Of a stretch of 64,000 bases of DNA, positions 49,230 to 58,694 are shown in pieces (position 1 is the stretch's first letter; each line of letters starts with the position of its first letter). Source of the DNA: Candidatus Binatia bacterium (lineage in GTDB: Bacteria; Desulfobacterota; Binatia; UBA9968; CAXXLF01); assembly GCA_963664015.2 (NCBI GenBank), contig CAXXLF010000002.1:1952001-2016000 (forward strand). Reading direction: 5' to 3'. Below the pieces are notes generated by a model. That model saw nothing but the letters and a program-made list of their open reading frames with translations, was not told the DNA's origin and ran no database searches. The translations under genes were made by a program, and so were the position numbers.

Positions 49230-50732
49230 ATGTTAGAAGCTGCCGCCACAGCCTTTCAAAACCTGATGGATCTGGAACGGATGGGTTTTCTCATCGCCGG
49301 CGTTCTCATGGGCTTGTCACTGGGGGCGATTCCCGGGCTCGGGGGGCTGGTCGGTCTGGCTATTCTTTTGCCGCTCACTTTCAATATGGATCAGTATGCC
49401 GCCTTTGCCATGATGATCGGTCTGACCTCCGTCGTCAGCAGCTCCGATACCATCCCCTCCGTTCTTTTCGCCGTGCCGGGAAGCGTGGCGTCCCAGGCGA
49501 CTATTTTGGACGGGCATCCCATGGCGAAGAATGGAGAGGCGGGTAGGGCCTTTGGAGCCGCCTATATGGCCTCCTTGATCGGAGGCCTGTTCGGGGCCTT
49601 GGTATTGACCCTGTCCATACCGATCCTTCGTCCCTTGGTCCTGGCCTTCGGGGCCCCCGAATTTTTTATGCTCGCCCTGTTGGGCCTTTCCATGGTTGCG
49701 GCCCTGAGCGGGCAAGAGCCGATCAAGGGAATCCTGGCCGCTGCCATGGGCCTGTGGTTCGGGGTTATTGGTATGAATCCCCAATCCAGCGAGCTGCGCT
49801 GGACTTTTGACTTGGTCTATCTGTTGGACGGGGTTCCTCTGATACCGCTGGGGCTTGGAATCTTTGCTATTCCTGAAATTATCGACCTTACGATCAAGGG
49901 GACTCGAATCGCCGATGTGCCTACGGGGGCCATCACGGGCGTCGGACAGGGGATCCGGGATGTCTTCAGGTCCTGGTTTCTGGTCCTCCGCTGTAGTGCA
50001 CTGGGTGTCTGGATCGGGTTTCTTCCCGGCTTGGGTGGTGCGCTGGTGGACTGGTTCGCCTACGGCCATGCCCTACAAACGGAAAAGGGGGCCAAGGAGA
50101 CCTTTGGCAAGGGCGACGTGCGCGGCGTGATTGCACCGGAGAGCGCCAACAACGCCAAGGAGGGCGGCGCCTTGATTCCAACCATTGCCTTCGGGGTTCC
50201 CGGGAGCGTCTCCATGGCCTTGCTCCTGGGGGCCTTTATGATCCATGGCCTGACTCCAGGGCCGGATATGTTAACCACCAACCTCGATGTAACCTTTACA
50301 CTGATCTGGAGCTTGGCCCTTGCCAATATATTTGGTACGGCAATACTGTTGCTCTTGACCAACCAGCTGGCGAAGCTGGCGACCGTCAGGATTCACATTC
50401 TTGCCCCCCTGGTGATCGTAGTGGTCTTCCTGGCTGTCTTCCAGTCCTCCGGCACTCTGGGGGATGTTGTGGCCCTTCTGTTCTTTACCACGCTGGGTTG
50501 GTTCATGAAGCGGTTCGGTTGGCCGAGGCCTCCTTTGGTTCTGGGCTTTGTCCTCAGCCCCATTGTCGAGAACAACCTGTACATTGCTATGCGCCGGTAT
50601 GATTTGGGTTGGCTCTTGCACCCAATGGTCCTGGTCATCGGCGCGGTGCTGGTGCTGAGCATGGCCTATAGCCTGGGCTTTTTAAAGCGAAAAGAACGGC
50701 TGGGAGGAGGGCAGTCTTTTGATGACATTTAA
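49230..50732 (+). CDS. tctA: Tripartite tricarboxylate transporter large subunit
   Basis: 'GAIPGLGG', 'ATILDGHPMAKNGEAGRA', 'GVIAPESANNAKEGG..IPT..GVPGS', 'HGLTPGP'. Confidence 0.95.
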   Translation: MLEAAATAFQNLMDLERMGFLIAGVLMGLSLGAIPGLGGLVGLAILLPLTFNMDQYAAFAMMIGLTSVVSSSDTIPSVLFAVPGSVASQATILDGHPMAKNGEAGRAFGAAYMASLIGGLFGALVLTLSIPILRPLVLAFGAPEFFMLALLGLSMVAALSGQEPIKGILAAAMGLWFGVIGMNPQSSELRWTFDLVYLLDGVPLIPLGLGIFAIPEIIDLTIKGTRIADVPTGAITGVGQGIRDVFRSWFLVLRCSALGVWIGFLPGLGGALVDWFAYGHALQTEKGAKETFGKGDVRGVIAPESANNAKEGGALIPTIAFGVPGSVSMALLLGAFMIHGLTPGPDMLTTNLDVTFTLIWSLALANIFGTAILLLLTNQLAKLATVRIHILAPLVIVVVFLAVFQSSGTLGDVVALLFFTTLGWFMKRFGWPRPPLVLGFVLSPIVENNLYIAMRRYDLGWLLHPMVLVIGAVLVLSMAYSLGFLKRKERLGGGQSFDDI

Positions 50733-51213
50733 ATGGACGGCGATCCCCTCCCTTCTCGTTGTGGCTGTCTTTGGCCTGGGGCTCTATACGGCCAAGGACT
50801 GGACCGTTCAGGCCGGCCTTTTTCCTCTGGCCATCGGTATTCCCGCCCTTCTATTGGCGCTGTGCCAGTTGGTAAAGGATACCGTTCGGGGGAAGGGGGG
50901 AGCCCAATCCGGGGATACGGCTCGTCGCGCGGACCTGCCCGTGGATCGGGACGTACCCTTTTCCGAAGTGGTTAGCAGGGCGGGCCGGTCCTTCGCCTGG
51001 ATTTTCGGACTGGCCATTGCGATCTGGGCATTTAGCTTTACTATCGCGGTCCCTTTGTTTACCTTTCTGTACCTATATTTTCAGGCCCGTGAGGGATGGC
51101 GGGTGGTCGCGGCGATGACGCTGGGGCTAGGCGTTTTCCAGTATATCCTCTTTGATCGAATCATTCACACCAACTGGCCTGTGGGCGCCTTTCAGCAGTG
51201 GATAAATTTTTGA
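50722..51213 (+). CDS. tctB: Tripartite tricarboxylate transporter small subunit
   Basis: About 4 TM helices, 'AGLFPL', C-terminal 'FDRII..WPVG'; overlaps tctA. Confidence 0.82.
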   Translation: MTFKWTAIPSLLVVAVFGLGLYTAKDWTVQAGLFPLAIGIPALLLALCQLVKDTVRGKGGAQSGDTARRADLPVDRDVPFSEVVSRAGRSFAWIFGLAIAIWAFSFTIAVPLFTFLYLYFQAREGWRVVAAMTLGLGVFQYILFDRIIHTNWPVGAFQQWINF

Positions 51214-51448
51214 TCCAGGCACCATGCCAGGGAGATTTGAACCACGGGATTGTAATGGGCTCGTCCAGAATGGGTTTGGTATTCGGTCCCGGCCCTGGTA
51301 CGATCGCCCCATTAAGAAAATTGACAACCACCATTCCTCGATTTCCAAGGATGGCCGGGTTTGAAAATCATAAGCGACAATTAACGATGGACTCTTTGCT
51401 GGAAGAGATAACAAAAATGGTACTGACCTGGGAAGGGGGACGAGACAC

Positions 51449-52390
51449 ATGGGAATTGAAAAAGTAAAAGGCATGCTTCTTCCGTTGCCGACTCCGTTTG
51501 ACGGCAATGGCGAGTTGGACGAAGGTTTGCTGGCCGAGTTGACCCGTTATTACGTAGAACAGGGGGTGGACGCGCTGTTTCCCTTTGGGTCCTTTGGAAT
51601 GGGACCCGCCATGTCCGTGGATCAACGCAAACGGGGACTCGAGATCGTCATGAAACAAGTTCAAGGGAAGGTTCCGGTGGTCGTCCATATCGGTGCGGTA
51701 GATCCTTATACCTCAAGGGATCTGGGACTCCACGCCCGGGCACAGGGTGCCGATGCGGTGGGAACGGTCGGACCCTATTACTATGCGGATCGGAGCGAGA
51801 CCGAATTGGTGGAACACATCAAGTTCCTCGACGCAGCGCTCAAAATGCCGCTGTTCTTCTATAATAATCCGCGCTACCAAGGGTATGCGGTGGGACCGGC
51901 CTTGATGTTGAAGATGCGGGAAGCGGCGCCTCGGCTCTTTGGGGCGAAGCTGGCCATGGGGTCCGTCGACGACGCGTTAATATACCAGGCGACGTTAGGA
52001 AAAGCCTTTAAGTGTTTTGTCCTTGCCAGCGGGCTATATCCGGGTCTGCGCTGTGGCGTTACGGGGACTGTCAGCCCGCCCTTGGCTGTGGCCGTGGAAC
52101 CAGGAGTGGCGTTGGTAAAAGCCGTTGAAGCTGGCAACGACGTCGAAGCGGCCCGCTTGCAGGAGGTGGTCATCGATTTGCATGGTACCATCCTGCAACT
52201 GTCCATCCGCTTTGGACGAAAAGTTTATACGGAAGGACTTCGCCATATTGGTTTTGACGTGAAAGAGTACCCCCGTTGGCCCAGCCCGGAGGTCCCTGCG
52301 GAGGTGAAAGCGGAAATCGGAAAGGCTATAGACGAAGCCCGCTCTGTCGTGGTGCCGACTCCTTTGGTTGCCGCGGCGTCTAGATCATAG
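51449..52390 (+). CDS. DHDPS/NAL-family aldolase (hydratase-aldolase-like)
   Basis: 'LPTPFD..GELDE', 'GSFG', 'GPYYY', 'FFYNNP', Schiff-base 'GAKL'. Confidence 0.85.
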   Translation: MGIEKVKGMLLPLPTPFDGNGELDEGLLAELTRYYVEQGVDALFPFGSFGMGPAMSVDQRKRGLEIVMKQVQGKVPVVVHIGAVDPYTSRDLGLHARAQGADAVGTVGPYYYADRSETELVEHIKFLDAALKMPLFFYNNPRYQGYAVGPALMLKMREAAPRLFGAKLAMGSVDDALIYQATLGKAFKCFVLASGLYPGLRCGVTGTVSPPLAVAVEPGVALVKAVEAGNDVEAARLQEVVIDLHGTILQLSIRFGRKVYTEGLRHIGFDVKEYPRWPSPEVPAEVKAEIGKAIDEARSVVVPTPLVAAASRS

Positions 52391-52778
52391 TGGAAACCCG
52401 GTCGGGTCGGATTTTATAGAGGACCCGGATCTCTCCGGATTTGCGGAAGGGGTAGCGGTCCTTATCCAGGTATTTTTTTGCCAACTTGTCGATGTGATCG
52501 TCAGCCCCTTGTTCGGTAATCTCCACGACCTCTCCTCGTATGGCCAGATATCGGTAGGGATTGTCCGGGTCCAGTATGTCCAGGGCCACTTTCTTATTGC
52601 GCCGCATGTTTTTGTCTTTGACCCGCTCCTTTGCCGTGTTAACCAGGATATGGGTACCGTCGTAGTCACACCAGACCGGTGTGACCTGAGGACTTCCGTC
52701 GGCCATTAAGGTGGCCAAGTGGGCAAAGACCTTTTTGGTGAACAAGTCTTTGAGTGTGTCAGGAATGGTTGCCGCCAT
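52380..52778 (-). CDS. PPOX-class F420-dependent oxidoreductase
   Basis: 'AHLATLMADGSPQVTPVW', 'K.KNMRRNKKVAL..DPDNPYRY', 'HIDKLAKKY'. Confidence 0.92.
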   Translation of the reverse strand: MAATIPDTLKDLFTKKVFAHLATLMADGSPQVTPVWCDYDGTHILVNTAKERVKDKNMRRNKKVALDILDPDNPYRYLAIRGEVVEITEQGADDHIDKLAKKYLDKDRYPFRKSGEIRVLYKIRPDRVSTMI

Positions 52779-52939
52779 TGGTTTCTTCTCCTCGGGATTT
52801 AATGAGGCTCGATTATTCCCTGTTGAAAGGACTGAGTCAAACGATTCCGGCGCAAACGGGTTGCAGGATTGGCCGCCCATTGAATGAATCGTTTATCCGC
52901 TCTCCCAGTAGGCAATGGGCGTAAACCTGTGGAGGCTTC

Positions 52940-54619
52940 ATGACAGTGTTTGTGCTCGCTGACCGCGTGGTAGATGCCGTCACCTCTCAAGTCCGGTCAC
53001 GGCCCTTACTCACCTTGTGCCTGATAGGTGCCCTTGTCTCTTTTACCGGAATCTCCAACGAGCTGTGGACTCCGGACGAGCCCCGCGTCGCGGCCATCGG
53101 TAGGGCCATGTGGGAGTCCGGATCGTGGGTTACTCCCCAATTGAACGGTGTGCTGTTTCCAGAATTGCTCCCTCTCTATTGGTGGGCTCAAGCGGCGGTC
53201 TTTGCCCTGTTCGGTTACGCCACTCCCACCCTGGCCCGTCTCCCATCGGCGGTGTTTGGCTTTGCCACGCTGCTTTTCACCTACGCCCTCGGCCGACGAT
53301 TTTTCCCCAAGGGGACTTGTCTGATGGCGGGCCTGGTCTTGGCTACCATGGCCCTATTTACCTTTACGACCCACTGGATTGCCGTAGACAGTGCCTTGGT
53401 GTGCATGACTGTAGGTGCATGGACCCTGTTTGTTTATGGGGAAGACCAGAGTGGAGCCCGGCGGCTTATTTTTCTACTCGGTATGGTTGTCTTTCTCGCC
53501 ATGGCCTTTTTAACCAAGGGGGTCTTTGGCCTCGGTATCCCCGTTCTGGGCATGGGCGTCTATCTATTATGGAACAAGCGCTTCCGGCGGTTTCTTGGTG
53601 GGCACTTGGTTGTAGGTGGAGCGCTCTTTGCCACCGGGGTTGGGCTTTGGCTCTGGGCATTGTGGCGGGAGGGCGGCGGTGCCCCGCTGGAGACTTTTTT
53701 CAGTTACAACCAGCCGCAGCGTTTTTTCCCTCAACAAGGAGTCTTTCAGGAAGGTCATGGGCAACCAATCTGGTACTACCTTGTCAGTACCCCGGCCCAT
53801 CTACTCCCATGGACCCCCTTTGTGTTTCTCGCGGGTCTTTGGGGGTGGCGCAACTGGCGTCAGATCCCACCCGTCCAACTGGACGGGCTACGATTCTGCC
53901 TTTCGGGAACGCTTCCCGTGTTGATTGTCCTATCTCTGGCCGGAACCAAACGGGGGGTCTACCTGCTGCCAATCTATCCTTTGATTGCGTTGCTGGTGGG
54001 CTGCTGGGCCACCGCCCATGGGGTCCGCCATCCCTGGGAGGATAAAGTCGAGCGCTGGTGGTTGTTATGCCTCATCGCCTTGGCCGCTCTGTCGCCTGCC
54101 ACTCTTTTTTTGGCGCCGCGTATCTGGCCCTATGGGCTCGGAGTATTGGTAAGCTTCATGGTTTTTTGGTGTTCATCTAAAGGCTTTGCTACACTAGCGC
54201 GCGACGCACGACTTCTGCGGGCGGCACTGCTTTGCACCGTAGCTGCAGGCCTCCTGTTGATGGCGGGCAAACCATTCTTAGACCGCTACAAGAGCTATGT
54301 TCCCTTCGTTCGAGAGCTTGAGAAGCAGAGCGATCCGGCAACGCCGCTATACACGTACCCCCTAGACGAGACAACGCTGGGGCTGGTAGGTTTTTATACG
54401 GGGCGAAAAATGAAGGTTGTTGACCTTGCGGAGTTGAAGGCCCTGGCCGGTGGGGGCACAACTAGCTTGCTGATCGTGCGAGATCGGAAGAAAAGGGATC
54501 AAAACTACGGTTCCATCGTCGAGGCTGGTATCTCCCATAGAGTGCTAACCGAGCAGGTGACGGGTAATACTCGTGTCATGCGAATTATTGCCCTTGGGGG
54601 TCAACAAAACAATCCATGA
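52940..54619 (+). CDS. ArnT/PMT-family (GT39/83) glycosyltransferase
   Basis: 'LWTPDEPRVA', 'ARLPSA', 'LTKG', 'HGQPIWYY', 'TKRGVYLLP'. Confidence 0.88.
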   Translation: MTVFVLADRVVDAVTSQVRSRPLLTLCLIGALVSFTGISNELWTPDEPRVAAIGRAMWESGSWVTPQLNGVLFPELLPLYWWAQAAVFALFGYATPTLARLPSAVFGFATLLFTYALGRRFFPKGTCLMAGLVLATMALFTFTTHWIAVDSALVCMTVGAWTLFVYGEDQSGARRLIFLLGMVVFLAMAFLTKGVFGLGIPVLGMGVYLLWNKRFRRFLGGHLVVGGALFATGVGLWLWALWREGGGAPLETFFSYNQPQRFFPQQGVFQEGHGQPIWYYLVSTPAHLLPWTPFVFLAGLWGWRNWRQIPPVQLDGLRFCLSGTLPVLIVLSLAGTKRGVYLLPIYPLIALLVGCWATAHGVRHPWEDKVERWWLLCLIALAALSPATLFLAPRIWPYGLGVLVSFMVFWCSSKGFATLARDARLLRAALLCTVAAGLLLMAGKPFLDRYKSYVPFVRELEKQSDPATPLYTYPLDETTLGLVGFYTGRKMKVVDLAELKALAGGGTTSLLIVRDRKKRDQNYGSIVEAGISHRVLTEQVTGNTRVMRIIALGGQQNNP

Positions 54620-54862
54620 ACCCGTCGTTTCAGTGCCGCCGAGTAGATTCTGACGGGTTGGTCCGCAGGTAAAGGCTGCGACCATGCCGGCTTACTGTAT
54701 TTGTTATTCTATTGGTTTTTTGATATGGGTCTAAACGCTCTCACTGGCAGGTCTTGGATGCCGGAACGATACCGAGTCATATATCCTTCAGTATTATTTC
54801 GCTTACTTTTTAAGCCCTTTGTGCCCAGTGCCTCGAGCTGACCAAAGCCAAAAATTTTACCT

Positions 54863-55831
54863 ATGCCCCGGGCAAATAAAATAGACTTAGTCATTCCCGT
54901 ATACAATGAAGAGGCCAATCTGCCTCTGTTGTTTGGACGCCTCACGGAGGACCTTGCCTCGTTGCCATGCAATTGGCGCGTTATCCTTGTCGACGATGGC
55001 AGCCGCGATCGATCCTGGGAGCTGATTACCGAAACCGTGAAACGGGACCCTCATTTCTACGGGTTGCGTCTGAGTCGTAACTACGGTCAGCACGCTGCGA
55101 TCTTCGCCGGCTTCTCCCGTTGCGACGCCGATGCGGTGGTCACATTGGACGCCGATCTCCAGAACCCACCGGCAGAAATTCCCAAGCTGGTTGCCAAGTT
55201 CAACGAAGGGTACGATGCGGTTGGAGGGTGGCGCCGCACGCGCGAGGACAGTTCTTTGCGCCGGGCCTCCTCGTTTTTTATGAACCGGATTGTTTCATTT
55301 GCGACGGGGGTGTCGTTGCATGACTACGGCTGCATGCTGCGGCTCTACAGCATGGATGTGGTTCGACTCATGAGCAACTCGGGTGAAATCTCCAGTTTCA
55401 TCCCCGCTCTGGCCCAGTGCTATACCCACCGATCGGTGGAGATACCGGTTGAGCATGCAGAACGCAACGAGGGCAAATCCCGTTACTCCTTCTCCAAGCT
55501 TATCGGGTTGCTCTTGGACCTGCTAACCGGGTTTTCTATGATGCCGCTCCGGACGCTTTCTGTCGTCGGGTTGGTGCTCGCCGGTTGCGGCATGGCCTTT
55601 GGTCTGTTGTTGCTAGGGCTGCGTCTTATCTATGGACCCGAATGGGCTGTTGGCGGGGTGTTCACCCTGTTTGCTGTCTTGTTCTTTTTCGTGGGTGCTC
55701 AGTTCCTCGCCTTCGGGACCCTGGGTGAGTACATTGGCCGGATTTACAACGAGGTTCGAGGGCGACCCCAGTTCGTGGTGCACGAAGAGACGGGGGGTGT
55801 GCCGGAGGGGAAGGTTGTTCGGACCGTATGA
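54863..55831 (+). CDS. arnC: Undecaprenyl-phosphate glycosyltransferase, ArnC-like GT2
   Basis: 'VIPVYNEE', 'DDGSRD', 'RNYGQHAAI', 'DADLQNPP', 'HDYGCMLR', 'LGEYIGRIY'. Confidence 0.85.
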   Translation: MPRANKIDLVIPVYNEEANLPLLFGRLTEDLASLPCNWRVILVDDGSRDRSWELITETVKRDPHFYGLRLSRNYGQHAAIFAGFSRCDADAVVTLDADLQNPPAEIPKLVAKFNEGYDAVGGWRRTREDSSLRRASSFFMNRIVSFATGVSLHDYGCMLRLYSMDVVRLMSNSGEISSFIPALAQCYTHRSVEIPVEHAERNEGKSRYSFSKLIGLLLDLLTGFSMMPLRTLSVVGLVLAGCGMAFGLLLLGLRLIYGPEWAVGGVFTLFAVLFFFVGAQFLAFGTLGEYIGRIYNEVRGRPQFVVHEETGGVPEGKVVRTV

Positions 55832-56766
55832 GTACGGTCGTCCTTGCCTACCACGAAGTTGGATGCGCTGGCCTCGAGTTTCTCGTGGAGGCTGGAGCTG
55901 ATGTCAGAGCTGTATTTACTCATGACGACGATCCCGGCGAAAACGTTTGGTTCAGCTCTGTTGCGCAGCTTGCCTCGCGCTACGGATTGAAGGTCTACGC
56001 CCCCGAGCGGATTAACGATGCCCAATGGGTAGAAGTGATTCGTAACTGCGAACCGGATCTCCTTTTTTCATTCTATTATCGAAAGATTGTCTCTTCCGAA
56101 ATCCTCGCAGTTCCGCTCCATGGATGCTATAACTTGCATGGATCCCTCCTGCCACGCTTCCGTGGTCGCAGTCCCACCAACTGGGCCATTCTCATGGGCG
56201 AAAAAAAAACAGGTGTAACGCTTCACCGGATGGTGCCCAGGGCCGACACGGGGGATATCGTAGGACAGATGGAAGTCGATATCGGAGAAGTAGACGAGGT
56301 CCGTACGGTGCTCATGAAGCAGGTCGAAGCGACTCGAGCCTTATTGACTGAGGTCTATCCTCAGGTGGTCTCTGGCCAGGCCATTGGGACGCCGCAGGAT
56401 GAACGATTGGCAACGAAATTCGGCGGACGCCGTCCCGAGGACGGGGCCATCGATTGGAAGCAGAGCGCCGAGTCCATTCACAATTTAGTTCGTGCCGTCA
56501 CCTATCCGTGGCCGGGAGGGTTCTCCGTACGGCGCGGTCAAAAGTGTATCATCTGGCGAACCCGCCGCTACGTTGGGCCCACACCTGTGACCCTGGGGAA
56601 GCCCGGGGATATCGTTAGCGCCACCGATCAGGGAGTGCTGGTGGCCTGTGGGTCCGGATTTGTCGAAATATTGCAGGCGCAGGTTCCGCCCGGACCATGG
56701 GTGGATGGAAGTAGACTGAAGGATTTGCTGGCCCCCATGCCGGGATGCAGGTTCGGATCAGATTAG
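55828..56766 (+). CDS. Formyltransferase (standalone ArnA N-terminal-like)
   Basis: 'VLAYHEVG', 'FTHDDDPGEN.WF.SV', 'FSFYYR', 'NLHGSLLPRFRGR', 'RAVTYPWPG'. Confidence 0.88.
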   Translation: MSTVVLAYHEVGCAGLEFLVEAGADVRAVFTHDDDPGENVWFSSVAQLASRYGLKVYAPERINDAQWVEVIRNCEPDLLFSFYYRKIVSSEILAVPLHGCYNLHGSLLPRFRGRSPTNWAILMGEKKTGVTLHRMVPRADTGDIVGQMEVDIGEVDEVRTVLMKQVEATRALLTEVYPQVVSGQAIGTPQDERLATKFGGRRPEDGAIDWKQSAESIHNLVRAVTYPWPGGFSVRRGQKCIIWRTRRYVGPTPVTLGKPGDIVSATDQGVLVACGSGFVEILQAQVPPGPWVDGSRLKDLLAPMPGCRFGSD

Positions 56767-56775
56767 GGAGACAAT

Positions 56776-57744
56776 GTGAAAATTTTGATTACTGGAGGGG
56801 CGGGATTTTTGGGGTCCCATCTAGCAGAGGCGTTCATCGAACGAGGGGACCATGTGGTGATTATGGACACAGCCGGGCCCGCCAAGATCCAACACCTCAT
56901 GGACAACAAGCGACTGGAATACCATGCCGCCTCAATTCTGAATCCTGAGATCACGGATCAATTGTTCCATGGGATCGAACTGGTTTATCACCTTGGGGCG
57001 GTGGTCGGTGTCGAGCATTACGTTTCGGATCCCCTCAAGGTCCTTAACGTCAACGTCAATGGCACACAAAATGTGCTTGCGTCAGCCATGCGCCACGGAT
57101 GCCGCGTGGTGTTCAGCTCGACCTCGGAGGTCTATGGGCGCAACCCAAAGGTTCCCTTCAAAGAAGACGATGATCGCGTGCTCGGCTCGACGAGTATCGA
57201 CCGGTGGTGTTACTCGACATCGAAGGCGGTGGGGGAGCACTTTTGTTTTGCCTATCATAAAAAGGGACTTCCCGTTACGATCGTTCGCTACTTCAACATC
57301 TACGGCCCCCGGCTGGACGCAATCGATCTGGGACGCGTGGTGAGCATCTTCATGGGCCAGGTTCTTCGCGGAAAAGACGTTACCGTGGTGGGCGATGGGG
57401 CCCAGACGCGGTGTTTTACCTATGTCAGCGACGCCATTCAAGCCACGGTCCAAGCCGGGCTGAAGGCCGAAGCGATCGGAGGAATCTTCAATATCGGTAC
57501 CGACGAAGAAACCCGTATGCTCGATTTCGCTCGCATCCTAATCGAGGAGACAGGATCGCCGTCCCAGATCCGTTTCGTTACTCAGGAGTCCGTTTACGGC
57601 AATAGCTATGAAGACGTCCCACGGCGGGTGCCCGACAATACGCTCATGAAGGAAATACTCGGCACCGTTCCGGTGGTCGGACTCCGCGAAGGTCTCCGTC
57701 TGACCATCGAGTGGTTTCGAAAAGCTTACCCTGAAATCGGTTAG
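56776..57744 (+). CDS. NAD-dependent epimerase/UDP-glucuronate decarboxylase (ArnA C-terminal-like)
   Basis: 'TGGAGFLG', 'STSEVYG', 'RWCYSTSK', 'QTRCFTY', 'YEDVPRRVPD'. Confidence 0.85.
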   Translation: MKILITGGAGFLGSHLAEAFIERGDHVVIMDTAGPAKIQHLMDNKRLEYHAASILNPEITDQLFHGIELVYHLGAVVGVEHYVSDPLKVLNVNVNGTQNVLASAMRHGCRVVFSSTSEVYGRNPKVPFKEDDDRVLGSTSIDRWCYSTSKAVGEHFCFAYHKKGLPVTIVRYFNIYGPRLDAIDLGRVVSIFMGQVLRGKDVTVVGDGAQTRCFTYVSDAIQATVQAGLKAEAIGGIFNIGTDEETRMLDFARILIEETGSPSQIRFVTQESVYGNSYEDVPRRVPDNTLMKEILGTVPVVGLREGLRLTIEWFRKAYPEIG

Positions 57745-57750
57745 CTCAAG

Positions 57751-58653
57751 GTGTCTGTTGAAATCTCCCTCAAGGTAGACGTATGCAACCGGAGGGCCCT
57801 GGAGCAAGGGATTCCTGGGATTCTCCGCTTGCTAAAAGAGTTTGACGTTCGGGCCTCTTTCTTTGTGGCCTTTGGGCCGGACAATTCGGGAAAGGCAATA
57901 CGTCGACTATTTCGACGGGGATTTATTAAAAAGATGCTTCGCACCCGAGCGCCCATGACCTACGGGGTAAAGACCTTGTTTTATGGTACGCTGCTCCCCG
58001 CTCCCCCGGTGGGTGAGGCGTTGCCTCAACTGCTCAGGCAGGTCCGAGATGGGGGACATGAAATCGGTCTCCATGGTTGGGATCACGTCGGTTGGCATGA
58101 CGGGCTTACTCGGATGACCGATGCCCAGGTACACGGTTCGTTGACTCATGCCTCACGACTGTTCGACCAAAGCCTGGAGAGTGCCCCCAACTATTCGGGT
58201 GTACCCGGTTGGCAGGTCACCGCGGCGAGCTTACGAATTCAAGAAGAGTTTGGCTTCAAGTTTGCCAGTGACTGCCGCGGGCGGCGACCCTTCTACCCGC
58301 TTGTCGACGGAACCGTACTGGGAACCCTGCAGGTCCCGACAACGCTGCCTACATCCGATGAGGTGTTGGGAACGGTGGGTATTACGGTAGAGAACCTTGC
58401 CGATTATTATCGCAGCAAACTTATAGAAGACAGTGTTAATGTTTTGGGATTGCATGCAGAGCTCGAGGGGCTCGGATCCATGAAGTGGCTGCATGAATTC
58501 CTTTCGAGATCGCAACGGGACGGCGACCGATTCCAGTTGCTGACCGAGGTTGCCCAGCGCGAGGGCTCAACGGCACCGGCCAACGATATTGTCCAAAAAG
58601 AAATCCCCGGTCGCGCGGGACTCGTCGCCTGTCAGGGGACCGACAAAGGATAG
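57751..58653 (+). CDS. arnD: Ara4FN-phosphoundecaprenol deformylase-like polysaccharide deacetylase
   Basis: 'LKVDV', 'GPDNSG', 'LFYGTLLP', 'HGWDHVGW', 'QVPTTLPTSDE', 'HAELEG'. Confidence 0.85.
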   Translation: MSVEISLKVDVCNRRALEQGIPGILRLLKEFDVRASFFVAFGPDNSGKAIRRLFRRGFIKKMLRTRAPMTYGVKTLFYGTLLPAPPVGEALPQLLRQVRDGGHEIGLHGWDHVGWHDGLTRMTDAQVHGSLTHASRLFDQSLESAPNYSGVPGWQVTAASLRIQEEFGFKFASDCRGRRPFYPLVDGTVLGTLQVPTTLPTSDEVLGTVGITVENLADYYRSKLIEDSVNVLGLHAELEGLGSMKWLHEFLSRSQRDGDRFQLLTEVAQREGSTAPANDIVQKEIPGRAGLVACQGTDKG

Positions 58654-58694
58654 GCTGATAGGCTTTGATGCAAGGTAAGGTCGACCTCTAAGCG

